64,000 nt of DNA, taken from assembly GCA_002688265.1 (NCBI GenBank), contig NZCK01000007.1, positions 33,685-97,684 of the forward strand, given 5' to 3'. The stretch comes from an archaeon. Lineage in GTDB: Archaea > Nanobdellota > Nanobdellia > Woesearchaeales > GW2011-AR9. The notes under the pieces are model-generated. The model was not told the DNA's origin and made no database searches. It was given only the letters and a program-made list of their open reading frames with translations. The translations under genes and the position numbers were made by a program. Of the stretch, positions 19,526-29,616 are shown in pieces (position 1 is the stretch's first letter; each line of letters opens with the position of its first letter).

Positions 19526-20185
19526 ATGGCATTATTCCCAGGACAAACAGGAGCAGGAGGACATTTAGATGTGGACGCTGAAGTACACACACTTCGTTCT
19601 CAAGGACTAACAGATGATCAAATTCTCTCAGAATTAACAGCTAAAGGAGCTAAAGAACAACAAGTGATTTCTAGTTTAAGTAAATTAGGAGCGCCTGGTG
19701 CCCCAGGGATGGGTGCTGGTGGACCACCTGCTATGCCAGGAATGCCACCAAGTCCTCCAGGACAAGGTATGGGCCCTGGAATTAGTATGCCTCCTCCAAG
19801 TTCTCCTCCTACAAGCCATGGTGCTGGACCCACTGATTCTCCACAAGACCTATACGATAGAATCGAAGAAATAACTGAAGAAATGATCGATGAAAAATGG
19901 GACGATTTGATTAAAGAAGTTCGTAAAATTGTGGAATGGAAAAACTCAGTAGAATCCAAAATGCAAAAGATGGATTCTGATCTCTCTAAACTAAAAGATG
20001 ATTTTAAAATTCTGCACCAAGGTGTTATTGGTAAAGTTGAAGAATACGATAAACGAATGCAAGAAGTTGGCACTGAACTCAAAGCAGTTGGTAAAGTATT
20101 CAAAGACGTAGTTCCAGTGTTTACAGAGAATGTGAAAGAACTTCGAAGTATTACGTCCGGTATGCGAGAAGGAAAGAAAGAGTAA
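19526..20185 (+). CDS. Pro/Gly-rich linker plus coiled-coil protein
   Basis: GGTG RBS; N-terminal LRSQGLTDDQI helical domain, PG-rich linker, RIEEITEEMIDEKW coiled coil. Confidence 0.8.
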   Translation: MALFPGQTGAGGHLDVDAEVHTLRSQGLTDDQILSELTAKGAKEQQVISSLSKLGAPGAPGMGAGGPPAMPGMPPSPPGQGMGPGISMPPPSSPPTSHGAGPTDSPQDLYDRIEEITEEMIDEKWDDLIKEVRKIVEWKNSVESKMQKMDSDLSKLKDDFKILHQGVIGKVEEYDKRMQEVGTELKAVGKVFKDVVPVFTENVKELRSITSGMREGKKE

Positions 20186-20244
20186 GGTTTGTTTGTTTTT
20201 CTTTTTATTTTGTCTTATTATAACATATTAGAGTATCTACTTCT

Positions 20245-20955
20245 TTAAACTAACAAATTACGAGCATCAATCCACTTATTATCAACCCTAGCCCATAACT
20301 TACTAATTGAGAGAGGGTCAAACCCCACATATTTTATTCCAAGGCCATTTAAAGCCCTAGTATCAAAAATTTTACACTCAAACTCAAAAACTTTAACTGG
20401 ATGCATCTTCTGAAGTAAATCTATTATTTTTCCAAGCACCTCACCTTCTCCAATATTCTTTTCAGCATCAAATACACCTATTGATTTTACTATTGATCTG
20501 CCAGCAGGACCTTTAAACCGAAATGAAATTGTACCAACAGAAGTATTTTTCTTGCACTTTGAAGGAACTAAATAATTGTCGCCCTTGTAGCTTATTAAAT
20601 TAGGTGGAATCAATTGAAGTAAATCAAAATTGTCCCACAAAAATTGTATGATCAACTGACCATTTGTTTCAGCATCTAAATCTCACTCTTTTGGATTCAA
20701 ATCAGCTCTAACTCTCACAAGCATTGGATATCCTTTCATCTTATTTTCTCGTTTTATGAACCTTAAATGCTCTATTGCTTGTTTTCTTGTAGTCCACATA
20801 TAAAACCCAGTACCCTGCCCATGTCCTAAAGCCCTGCTTGGATTAATTCCCTCTTTAACAAAAATTTTTAGATTCTCATTATTTTCTCCTGTACAAGTTG
20901 CATGATACAAAGAGTAAGGATGCTTTGGAATAAATTGAAATGCCATTGAAATCAT
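20245..20955 (-). pseudogene. ADP-ribosyltransferase-like gene interrupted by an in-frame TGA (20683-20685)
   Basis: The two ORFs in the track share a frame: ...LNPKE*DLDAETNGQLIIQF.... Motifs LYHAT...GINP...GQGTGFYMWT resemble the ART fold. Confidence 0.6.
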
Positions 20956-21045
20956 AAAAGAAATTAAATATATAAATATATCTGTTTTGTTTGATATCTG
21001 TATTGTTTGGAATTATTATTGTAATATGGATTAATTAGACCAAAA

Positions 21046-21429
21046 CTAAATACCTTGCCTCATCTTCACATACCACCACTGCCACACACAAAAGAAACCA
21101 GCAAAAATAATAGCAAACAACCATAAACTCTTAGGTCCGCCTTCTAAAGCGCCCCACACTAAACCTAAAGTTGCAGCAGCACTCCACAAAAGCTTGAGCC
21201 GAAGCATCACCATAAATGAATCGTAAGAACCTCTATTCATCCAAAGAGACATTCCACCAATTGCAAATAAAGCAGCAGCCACTAACCTTGCAAGATTCAC
21301 TTCTACAGTCTCAAAGCCAAAAAAACCAAGAAAAGAAACTGGAGCAAAAAATAATGGAAAAGCAAAAATCATATCAATTACAAAATGTAATTTAAACCAA
21401 TTGCGAACCTGAACAGGAGTATGTTTCAT
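21046..21429 (-). CDS. 4-TM membrane protein
   Basis: Hydrophobic segments; GAGGTG RBS. Confidence 0.75.
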   Translation of the reverse strand: MKHTPVQVRNWFKLHFVIDMIFAFPLFFAPVSFLGFFGFETVEVNLARLVAAALFAIGGMSLWMNRGSYDSFMVMLRLKLLWSAAATLGLVWGALEGGPKSLWLFAIIFAGFFCVWQWWYVKMRQGI

Positions 21430-21440
21430 CTTCTAACACC

Positions 21441-21992
21441 TCAAGTCTTTCCCGTTAACAACGCAATTGCCATCACACAAATTGCAAACAGAACTAACAT
21501 CCCCAAAATCTTAGGATGAAAAATTGTCTCATAAATGTTACTCGCAAAATCACCACTATCAGCCGAACCTGTTCCATCAACACCTGCTGCTTGAGATTGA
21601 TCTACTAAACCTTGACCAAAAGTTGCGGCAAATCCAGCAAAAATTATCACAATTGCAATACCAAGCATTGTCCAAGTTACAGCAGCATCTTTAGTTACTA
21701 CGCTTAGAATTTGAGCATCAGTAGTTCCAAAGGTCTTCATCACAAGCAAGAACAATAATACCAGAATGAAAGTTAAAATAAACCAGGGGGATACAAAAAC
21801 TATCATAGCAATAGCAGATTCAGAAAGAGACGCCATGATGGCAGCACATATAGCAATGGTGGCATTAATTGAAATTGATTCACTAACAAATTTGGTTTTT
21901 TGAAGTATAGCGTAAACTAAAACAAATATTAGTAAAACAGGAAATATAACTCCAAAGTACTGCAATAATCCCAAATCCAACACACTTGCCAT
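21441..21992 (-). CDS. Membrane protein, tandem paralog 3
   Basis: IFPVLLIFVLVYAILQKTK...INATIAIC motif. Confidence 0.85.
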   Translation of the reverse strand: MASVLDLGLLQYFGVIFPVLLIFVLVYAILQKTKFVSESISINATIAICAAIMASLSESAIAMIVFVSPWFILTFILVLLFLLVMKTFGTTDAQILSVVTKDAAVTWTMLGIAIVIIFAGFAATFGQGLVDQSQAAGVDGTGSADSGDFASNIYETIFHPKILGMLVLFAICVMAIALLTGKT

Positions 21993-22072
21993 CTTTTTAC
22001 CTGTTTAATCGCTTTCTAAATTATTTGAAATTAAATATTTAAAATAAAAAATATAAATGAAAAAAAGTGATT

Positions 22073-22642
22073 TCACCACTTCTTCTCAAACATCTTTCCA
22101 AAAGATTTCATGAAATTTTCTCCCTTAGATTTGTCTTTATCTGGATCACGGACAATGAACCACACTATTAATCCAAAGACTAAAATTATTATTAACAATT
22201 CCGTGACTTCACTACTCCACCAACCAAAAATATCATAAGGTCCAGTCCAGAGTCCTAAGGAGGCTCCGAATACATAAGCTACAAAACCAATAGAAACTAT
22301 TGCAATTAATGGAGCTGCAGCTTTGGCAAAATCTGTTCCAAATATACCCATCAATAAAAGTAACATAATTGCAGCAACAGAAATTAGAGAAATACTAGGT
22401 AAGGCGTTATTCATTACATCAACAGGGTCATATCCTAAAGGATAATTTCCAGTAATATGTGGTACCACAAACAGTAAGGCCAGAGTTAAAGCAATTACAA
22501 CTGAAAAATTCTTATTATCTTTAAACAGTGGCATTTTTGTTGCCACAGCATAGACAATTGTAAACACCAACAAGAATGGTAATAGAAAATCAACTACCCC
22601 CAAGTTTTGAAATAATTGTGCTAAATTTGAAAATGTTGCCAT
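22073..22642 (-). CDS. Membrane protein, tandem paralog 2
   Basis: LLPFLLVFTIVYAVATK...NFSVVIALTLAL motif; GAGGTG RBS. Confidence 0.85.
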   Translation of the reverse strand: MATFSNLAQLFQNLGVVDFLLPFLLVFTIVYAVATKMPLFKDNKNFSVVIALTLALLFVVPHITGNYPLGYDPVDVMNNALPSISLISVAAIMLLLLMGIFGTDFAKAAAPLIAIVSIGFVAYVFGASLGLWTGPYDIFGWWSSEVTELLIIILVFGLIVWFIVRDPDKDKSKGENFMKSFGKMFEKKW

Positions 22643-22735
22643 AACTCTTATTCACCTCTTTTATCTAACCTATTAAAGTATCTTTATTACCTTTTTAATT
22701 GTTTTCATAAAATATCTAGTTTTATATTCATTATC

Positions 22736-23287
22736 TTAATCTTTATCCTTCTTTTTTGTTTTTGGTTCTCTAATAATTAAGCCAACCATCCCAGCTACTA
22801 ATAGTAAAAATACTAAGCTACTTACCCACTCAACATCCATCATATAAAGTAAACCAATTAAGGTTTCTAACCAACCCATTGCGTTGAGGAAAATTGCTGC
22901 GATACCAATAAACATGATTGTCATCATCATCTTAATCCAACCTGGAAAATCTTTAAGGGTAAATTCTCCTTCACCATGAAAACTACCCACTAATAACATA
23001 AAACAAACCGAAAGAATCAATAAAAGTACAACATTTGCTACTATCTCATTGATTACCCCAACCAATTGGGTTGAAGCGATAACTAAAAATGCACAAATAA
23101 AAGCAGTCATTGCATTAAGATTCTTTTTAGTAACTTTTTCACCTTCTAATTCACCAATCCCAAGAAGTTTTGTTTTTTCAAGGATAGCAAAGACTAAAGT
23201 AAAAACCAGTAAAAAAGGTAGAACTACATCATAAAGACCAATGTCGTTAAGAAATGTGATTGCATTCCTAAAAATAGTTTCAGCCAT
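22736..23287 (-). CDS. Membrane protein, tandem paralog 1
   Basis: VLPFLLVFTLVFAILEKTK...NLNAMTAFICAF motif. Confidence 0.85.
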   Translation of the reverse strand: MAETIFRNAITFLNDIGLYDVVLPFLLVFTLVFAILEKTKLLGIGELEGEKVTKKNLNAMTAFICAFLVIASTQLVGVINEIVANVVLLLILSVCFMLLVGSFHGEGEFTLKDFPGWIKMMMTIMFIGIAAIFLNAMGWLETLIGLLYMMDVEWVSSLVFLLLVAGMVGLIIREPKTKKKDKD

Positions 23288-23828
23288 ACACCTACCTTTT
23301 AACCTCTTTTAATACAGCAATAAACACCTTTTGAGTATTTAAATCTTTGCTGAGAATGAGACTGCCAATAAAAGAAAAAAAAGAAGATAAAGCTTAAAAC
23401 TAGACTCTAGTAGCTGTAAATTTAAAAATAAGTTCATTTGTATGTCAAATGAAGTGGCAGGAAAAGATAAGAAAGCAAATTATGGAAAAGGTTGAAGAAA
23501 AATTTCCAGTAGCTATCTCAACCAAAGAGGTAAATAGATATTTTAAGTGGCAGAAAGGGAAAAAGTAGTGGCTCAAAATGTCACAAAATCATAGGTGAAT
23601 TTATATATCATCATATCCTCCATTAAACTGTTAAGTTCAAATATCAACTCAATGAAATTAGCATACTCTTTGCGCCAAAAGAGACAAAAATCAGTTCGTC
23701 AAAAATGAAACACATAGATTATGAAGGAAAGGCTCACAAGCCAAAATTCTGCAGTTTAAGGCATGTTATCACTGAATAGTGGTTTCAGTTCCGAAATGTT
23801 TATAAAGTAGACCCAACTATAGATTGTC

Positions 23829-25256
23829 ATGGATAGCGCACAAGCAATAGATTTGGGTAGAACAGATTTTGGAGATAGTTCAGAAACTCCAACCTTAGTA
23901 GATGTATCTCTTAGAAAAACTGCTTTGGATGCTATAAATCCTACTACTGATACTTCAGTTGGCTTAGATGGAATTGCAACTATGAGAACAAATGAATCTA
24001 CTAGTTCAGATTATGTAGTTCCAACAAATTACTCTTTGCTTGCCGATGACATTTTATCTGGACTTGGTCGAAGATCATTAGAATCAAGATTTAACAATTA
24101 TTCTCATGAAAATGGCTTTAAAGTCTTAGGAGGATATGAGGTTATTCAACAAATTGGTACAAACCCTTGTTCTGGGTACGAATTAGGTATTAGAGATAAC
24201 TGGGCATTGAAAGACAGACTAACTAATTTTGATGCTGTTGTAGACCAGATGTTTAATGATTACAGAAACACTGAAGAAGAGAATGGAAATTATGTACTGC
24301 CAAGTAATGTTGACACTTTTCTTGATGAAATTTCTAGTTTAGAAAGCTTGTTGAAAGATTTTGATGTTTCAAAGCGAAGATTAAGTAGAGTGAAAAATCC
24401 TCAATCAGTTCAATTTAAACACAAAAGAATTTTGCAAAAACTGGCTGATAAGAAAAAAGAAGTTGCAAAGCAACATGGAATAGAATTAGAAAACACAGAA
24501 TTAACTGATTTAGCTAATTTGGCTGAAGGAATTTTGTCAGGAGCTTCATCTCACAAATTACAATATGAAAATGGAGCTAATTATATCACAAGAAACCATT
24601 CTTGGGATGATAGACTAAATAACTTCTCATTCTTAGCACACAAAGTCTTTAAGGGGAATGCGAACAATGCAACTGGTGAATACAACCCAATTGTACCTGA
24701 AGGATTAAGTGTTGAACAATATCAAAATTTAAAATCAAAAGTTGAAACATTAGCAACTACATTAGATACTTACGTGCCTTGTGAAAAACGTTTGGCTAAA
24801 GTAAAGAGAGGAAAAGAAGTGGGACACCACGGCACTTTCCTTAAACAAATCTTTAGAATTGGATTAGAAGAAATTGATGCTAAAATTTCATACTTAGAAA
24901 ATTCAGCTAAACCAGCAGTTGAAGTAATGGCAGAAATTGAACTAGAAACACCAAGTGATGTGATATTAAAAACTTTGAAAGCGCCGTTTGGGTATATTAC
25001 ATTAGATGGAACTTATGTCTTTCATGATAGAAAGGCACAAGACGTTTGTGTTGGTGGAAAATTAGATGAGAATAATGTCTTTAGAGCTTTAAATGGAGAT
25101 CCCTTAATTGATTTGGATGAAAAATTATCAAAAAATACTCCTAAAGAAACAGAAGAAGCTATGCAACAAATGCAAACTCTTTCTCTTTACTTACCAGATA
25201 CACCTAGTTATGTAACTATGTATGATAATAGTTTTCTTCTTGAAGGAGAAAATTAA
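23829..25256 (+). CDS. Hypothetical protein
   Basis: 475-aa ORF; TTTATAAA box upstream; no motif recognised. Confidence 0.75.
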   Translation: MDSAQAIDLGRTDFGDSSETPTLVDVSLRKTALDAINPTTDTSVGLDGIATMRTNESTSSDYVVPTNYSLLADDILSGLGRRSLESRFNNYSHENGFKVLGGYEVIQQIGTNPCSGYELGIRDNWALKDRLTNFDAVVDQMFNDYRNTEEENGNYVLPSNVDTFLDEISSLESLLKDFDVSKRRLSRVKNPQSVQFKHKRILQKLADKKKEVAKQHGIELENTELTDLANLAEGILSGASSHKLQYENGANYITRNHSWDDRLNNFSFLAHKVFKGNANNATGEYNPIVPEGLSVEQYQNLKSKVETLATTLDTYVPCEKRLAKVKRGKEVGHHGTFLKQIFRIGLEEIDAKISYLENSAKPAVEVMAEIELETPSDVILKTLKAPFGYITLDGTYVFHDRKAQDVCVGGKLDENNVFRALNGDPLIDLDEKLSKNTPKETEEAMQQMQTLSLYLPDTPSYVTMYDNSFLLEGEN

Positions 25257-25258
25257 GA

Positions 25259-25723
25259 TTATTTTTTCTTCTTAACTATTGCTATTTTTAATTCTTCTTT
25301 TAACTCAGAAATTTCTTTTAAGTAAGTTGCTTTATCAATTACAGGCAATGTTTTTTTCTTGCTGATTACAAAAATATGTTCAAGAGAATTTAAACAATCT
25401 ATTTGCTTTTTCATATATTCATGACACTCTTCTATTTCTCTAATATCCACAGGACTGCCCTTAGGACTGCATTTGACTAAAGAAGTTAAGAAAACTTGAT
25501 CTTTTGTGATCTTTTTCTCTTTTAATAACTGTAATAATTGTCTTCCTACTTTACCATCCCACAAATTACCTTTGCGATCAGCAATTTCGTCAGGCGATTC
25601 TAGAACAATGAGTAATTTGACATTTTGTTTACCTTCACCAGGAAGTGCTTGAAGCCGGTGTTTCCAGAGTGGACATCTGGTGCACTTGCGGACCTGTTCT
25701 GCTATTGTTAATAGTGTCGACAT
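25259..25723 (-). CDS. Truncated/degenerate family-4 uracil-DNA glycosylase-like Fe-S protein
   Basis: CTRCPL...PGEG, VKCSP and EEC Fe-S ligands are present. GEAPG is replaced by LESPD and there is no C-terminal HP motif. Confidence 0.7.
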   Translation of the reverse strand: MSTLLTIAEQVRKCTRCPLWKHRLQALPGEGKQNVKLLIVLESPDEIADRKGNLWDGKVGRQLLQLLKEKKITKDQVFLTSLVKCSPKGSPVDIREIEECHEYMKKQIDCLNSLEHIFVISKKKTLPVIDKATYLKEISELKEELKIAIVKKKK

Positions 25724-25835
25724 GATGTATTAGAATTAATCTTTAGTAATAAAAGTTTTGGAAAGAAATAATTTTGAATAAGAAGTAATAAAGTGAAACA
25801 AACCAAAAAAAAAGAAAAAAGAAAAATTAAGAAAT

Positions 25836-26108
25836 CTACAACATACTTCGAATGCTTTCGATGTTGCTTGCAACATCTCTGCCCTTAGTTGTTAACTCCA
25901 ATAACTTAAGCCGACCTTCTTTCTTGAAATTTATTAAATCAGCCTTCTGCATTTCCTGCAAAATCTTTACCACATGAGAATATGTGCAATCAATTTGTTT
26001 CGCTAAAACTGAAGCATAGATTTGACTGTTGGCGTTTTTTAACTCCACAAGCATCATGGCTGGCTTCTCACGAAAAAATACTTCAAATATTTCTTTATTT
26101 AATGTCAT
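25836..26108 (-). CDS. Winged-helix DNA-binding protein
   Basis: YASVLAKQIDCTYSHVVKILQEM...KEGRLKLLELTTKG. Confidence 0.85.
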   Translation of the reverse strand: MTLNKEIFEVFFREKPAMMLVELKNANSQIYASVLAKQIDCTYSHVVKILQEMQKADLINFKKEGRLKLLELTTKGRDVASNIESIRSML

Positions 26109-26460
26109 TGACTTTCCCCCAAATTTTCGTTTTCTGCCACCCATCGTTTCCAATACCTAATTCAAAATAATATTTTTTAAACCCTTATTTTGCCTTTTTT
26201 ACTTACTAACATCCTAAGAGTAAACATCTAGGTTGAAGACTATTATTTAAAGCTTTTCTTCTGATGGAGTAAATAGTTGAAAAGATAGCAATCTTCGTCA
26301 CTTGTGGTCGATAAATTTATAGGAAAATATTCCTTTTAGAATATATATTATAGTGCAATGGAAATATCTGCTTGGTTTGATAAAGAAAATTGAACTTTTG
26401 GCATAAAAGTTGTTCTGTAATTACTAAATATATAAAAAAGCAGAACTTGTGTCAAAAAAT

Positions 26461-27636
26461 ATGGCACATGGAGACATAGGAATTATTGCTTGTAGATCTG
26501 GGCTGCCATTTGCTGAAGCCATAATTGCAGGACTAGAACACCAATATCAAAAAACTTGTCCAAAAGGAACTTGGTTACAAAGCGATTTAATGAGAAGAGG
26601 GCTTGATTCACTGGAAGTAAGACTTTCAAATTCTAGAAGTTTAACTGGTGGAATGAATCTTAGAAGAAGACTTATTACTGGATTAAAAGGAGAATTATTC
26701 CCCCCACGACATTTTCGTCTAATTAATTATGAAGAGATTCATTTTCCAAACGGTGAAATTAGAGCAGAGATTTTGGAATCTATTAGAGGAGCTGATATTT
26801 ATGTTATCCAGGATTGTGAAAATAAAGTTGATAAATTTGCTATTGACAAAAATTTTGTTGCTGGAAGACATGCACTTGATGCTGCAAAAAAAGCAGGAGC
26901 AGGAAGATTATCTGCAGTATTACCTTACTTACCTTACTCAAGACAAGATGTACCTAGAGGAAGACAAAATGTTTCAGCTGCCAGAGTTATTAGAGATTTA
27001 GAGAGTGATGGCGTGGACCAGATATTGACATTAGATGTTCACAATCCTGCAATTGCAGGAATTTGTGAAAAAGCATTGTTTGAAGATTTACATGCTTCAA
27101 AAAACCACCTTGATTATATCATAGAACATGTGCCTTTAGAAAACTTAGTTGTTTGTTCACCAGACACTGGAGCAGTTAATAGAAATAGATACTTTGCAAA
27201 CGTCTTAAAAACAGAACTGGCTATGATCTGGAAAAGAAGAGATTATTCTGGTGATAATGAAGTTGATGAAATGCAATTATTAGGAGATGTTCGAGGTAAA
27301 GATGTTCTCTTAGTTGATGACATGATTGCAACAGCCGGAACATTGATTAAAGCGTGTGAACTGTTAAAAGAACAAGGAGCAAGAGATATCTACTTTGCAA
27401 CATCTCTGCCATTGTTAACACATCCAGCAATCGATCGAATTGATGATGCTTATGAGAGAGGCATTATAAAACAAATTATTGGAACAGATGCTGTTTATCA
27501 TGGAGGAAAAGAGTTTAGCGATAAGCACCCATGGTATGTGGAAGTCTCAGTAGCTGACTATTTTGCAAAAGTCATTTGGAACCTAAATCACGACATGTCC
27601 ATAAGTGAATTGTTAAGATACAAACCTGCAGCGTAA
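26461..27636 (+). CDS. prs: Ribose-phosphate pyrophosphokinase
   Basis: FPNGE, PYLPYSRQD, SPDTGA, LVDDMIATAGT motifs. Confidence 0.93.
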   Translation: MAHGDIGIIACRSGLPFAEAIIAGLEHQYQKTCPKGTWLQSDLMRRGLDSLEVRLSNSRSLTGGMNLRRRLITGLKGELFPPRHFRLINYEEIHFPNGEIRAEILESIRGADIYVIQDCENKVDKFAIDKNFVAGRHALDAAKKAGAGRLSAVLPYLPYSRQDVPRGRQNVSAARVIRDLESDGVDQILTLDVHNPAIAGICEKALFEDLHASKNHLDYIIEHVPLENLVVCSPDTGAVNRNRYFANVLKTELAMIWKRRDYSGDNEVDEMQLLGDVRGKDVLLVDDMIATAGTLIKACELLKEQGARDIYFATSLPLLTHPAIDRIDDAYERGIIKQIIGTDAVYHGGKEFSDKHPWYVEVSVADYFAKVIWNLNHDMSISELLRYKPAA

Positions 27637-27693
27637 AAACATATACAAACATACCCACAAAGTTTAAGTACAGATGCTTTGCAAAAAAACTTG

Positions 27694-29598
27694 ATGGTAA
27701 ACACTTCTCCAATCAATCACAAAGAACTCCTAAACGATCCAGAAATCTGCTTCCCACACAACTCACTTAGAGGTGGACAAGCAGAACTAGTTAAAGATAT
27801 CAAAGACACTCTGCACAATGGGGAAAAAATCTTAGCTCACGCGCCAACTGGCCTTGGAAAGACTGCTAGCGCTTTAAGCATCGCTGTGCCACTTGCAAAA
27901 AAACTAAAGAAAAAAGTTTTCTTTCTAACTAACAGACACACTCAACACAAAATTGTAATCGAAACTTTGCAAGAAATGCAAGAAAAATCTGGAGAACTAA
28001 TAATTGTCAGCGATATCATTGGGAAAAAAGGAATGTGCTCACAAGAAGTTGCTAAACTATTTGGATCAGATTTTAATGAATTTTGCAGATCAACAGTTGA
28101 AAAAGGAAATTGTTCCTATTACAGTAAAGTTAAAGGCAAAAAAGGAATCACAGTTGATGCTGAATACTTAATTGCTAAAATTAGAGCAGCAAAACCTATG
28201 CACACCGAAGAACTGCAGCTAGCTGCTAAACGCGAAGGAATGTGCAGTTACGAAATTGCAATTGAACTGGCCAAAAAAGCTGATGTGATTGTAGGAGATT
28301 ATTATTACCTATTCAATCCGATTGTCAGACAAAATATCTTGAAAAAATTGGATCTGGTCTTAGAAGACATCATCTTGGTTGTTGATGAAGGACACAACCT
28401 GCATAATAGAATTACCGAAATGCAATCAGCTAAACTAAGTCAAAACGTTCTCAAATATGCTGCCCAAGAAGCTCAAAAAAATGGTGCTGAAAATCTTGCA
28501 AATGTGTTACTTGATATTCAAGCAAAGTTCGCGAATTTGAAAAGACTTGATGGTAAAATGCAAGAGGCTAAGGTAAGCGAAGATGATTTTACTGCAATTG
28601 TAAAGACCTCTATTGACTATGAACAACTAATTGAAGACTTGGATTCTGTTGCTGATGAACTTCGCGCAAATCAGAAAAAAAGTTTTTGTGGATCAATTGC
28701 GGAATTCCTTCGCAAGTGGGTTGGGAAAAATAAAGGGTTTGCAAGAATTTTTCGTGAGACACAAGGTAAAATTGGTAAATACAAAGAATTAGAATATACT
28801 TGTTTGGATCCTAGTTTAGCCAGTAGTGAGATCTTTTCTGAATTGCACTCTGCTGTGATCATGAGTGGAACCTTAACTCCTCTTTCAATGTATGCTGATT
28901 TACTTGGAATTAAAAGTGCAGTTAAGAAAAAATATTGGTCTCCATTTCCTACTGAGAATAGACGCTGTATCGTTGTTCCAAAAACAAGCACCAAATATAC
29001 CAGCAGAACTGATTCAATGTACACAGAAATGGGAAAATTGATTTCAGAATACAGTCGCGTGATTCCAGGGAATTTGGCTGTGTTTTTTCCATCTTATTAT
29101 ATGAGAGACCAAGTAGCTCGCAAGATTCTGACACTCAAAAAAATCTTGCAAGAAGAAAGGAGTATGGATAAGGAAGCAAAAGAAGTTTTCTTAAAAGAAT
29201 TTCATTCTTACAAAGATAAAGGAGCTGTTTTACTTGGAGTTACTGGAGCGAATTTTGCTGAAGGAATTGATTTTCCAGGAGACTTATTGCAAGGAGTCGT
29301 AGTGGTGGGAATTCCACTGGCTCGCCCAGACTTGAAAACTAAGGAAACAATTGCTTACTATGATATTAAATTTGGTAAAGGGTGGGATTATGCTTACACT
29401 TATCCTGCAATTAACAAATGTATTCAATCGGCAGGTAGATGCATTAGAAGTGAGACTGATCGTGGAGTAATCATCTATTTAGATGAAAGGTTTGTTTGGC
29501 CAAAATATTTTGATTGTTTGCCAAGAGAAGGATTGATTGTGAAAAGAGAACCAGAAGAAATGATTAGTCAATTCTTCTCCGTTAATCAAGATAAATAA
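27694..29598 (+). CDS. XPD/Rad3-family Fe-S DNA helicase
   Basis: APTGLGKT, Fe-S Cys residues, DEGHN, SGT, EGIDFPG, QSAGRCIRSETD. Confidence 0.92.
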   Translation: MVNTSPINHKELLNDPEICFPHNSLRGGQAELVKDIKDTLHNGEKILAHAPTGLGKTASALSIAVPLAKKLKKKVFFLTNRHTQHKIVIETLQEMQEKSGELIIVSDIIGKKGMCSQEVAKLFGSDFNEFCRSTVEKGNCSYYSKVKGKKGITVDAEYLIAKIRAAKPMHTEELQLAAKREGMCSYEIAIELAKKADVIVGDYYYLFNPIVRQNILKKLDLVLEDIILVVDEGHNLHNRITEMQSAKLSQNVLKYAAQEAQKNGAENLANVLLDIQAKFANLKRLDGKMQEAKVSEDDFTAIVKTSIDYEQLIEDLDSVADELRANQKKSFCGSIAEFLRKWVGKNKGFARIFRETQGKIGKYKELEYTCLDPSLASSEIFSELHSAVIMSGTLTPLSMYADLLGIKSAVKKKYWSPFPTENRRCIVVPKTSTKYTSRTDSMYTEMGKLISEYSRVIPGNLAVFFPSYYMRDQVARKILTLKKILQEERSMDKEAKEVFLKEFHSYKDKGAVLLGVTGANFAEGIDFPGDLLQGVVVVGIPLARPDLKTKETIAYYDIKFGKGWDYAYTYPAINKCIQSAGRCIRSETDRGVIIYLDERFVWPKYFDCLPREGLIVKREPEEMISQFFSVNQDK

Positions 29599-29616
29599 AA
29601 AAATAAAATTTGAAAG

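Noticed and set aside
20683-20685. Genome-wide stop-codon reassignment as an explanation for the in-frame TGA/TAA stops
   Set aside because: Conserved genes end normally on TGA (rps19e) and TAA (srp54, aspS), and no housekeeping gene is interrupted.
23449-23568. 39-aa ORF MKWQEKIRKQ... with an AAGTGGCAG direct repeat in a 540-bp intergenic gap
   Set aside because: No RBS or convincing motif; it could be a gene remnant but cannot be supported.
23720-23777. Possible box C/D guide RNA (ATGAAGG...CTGA)
   Set aside because: The C box is degenerate, there are no clear C'/D' boxes, and no rRNA target could be verified.
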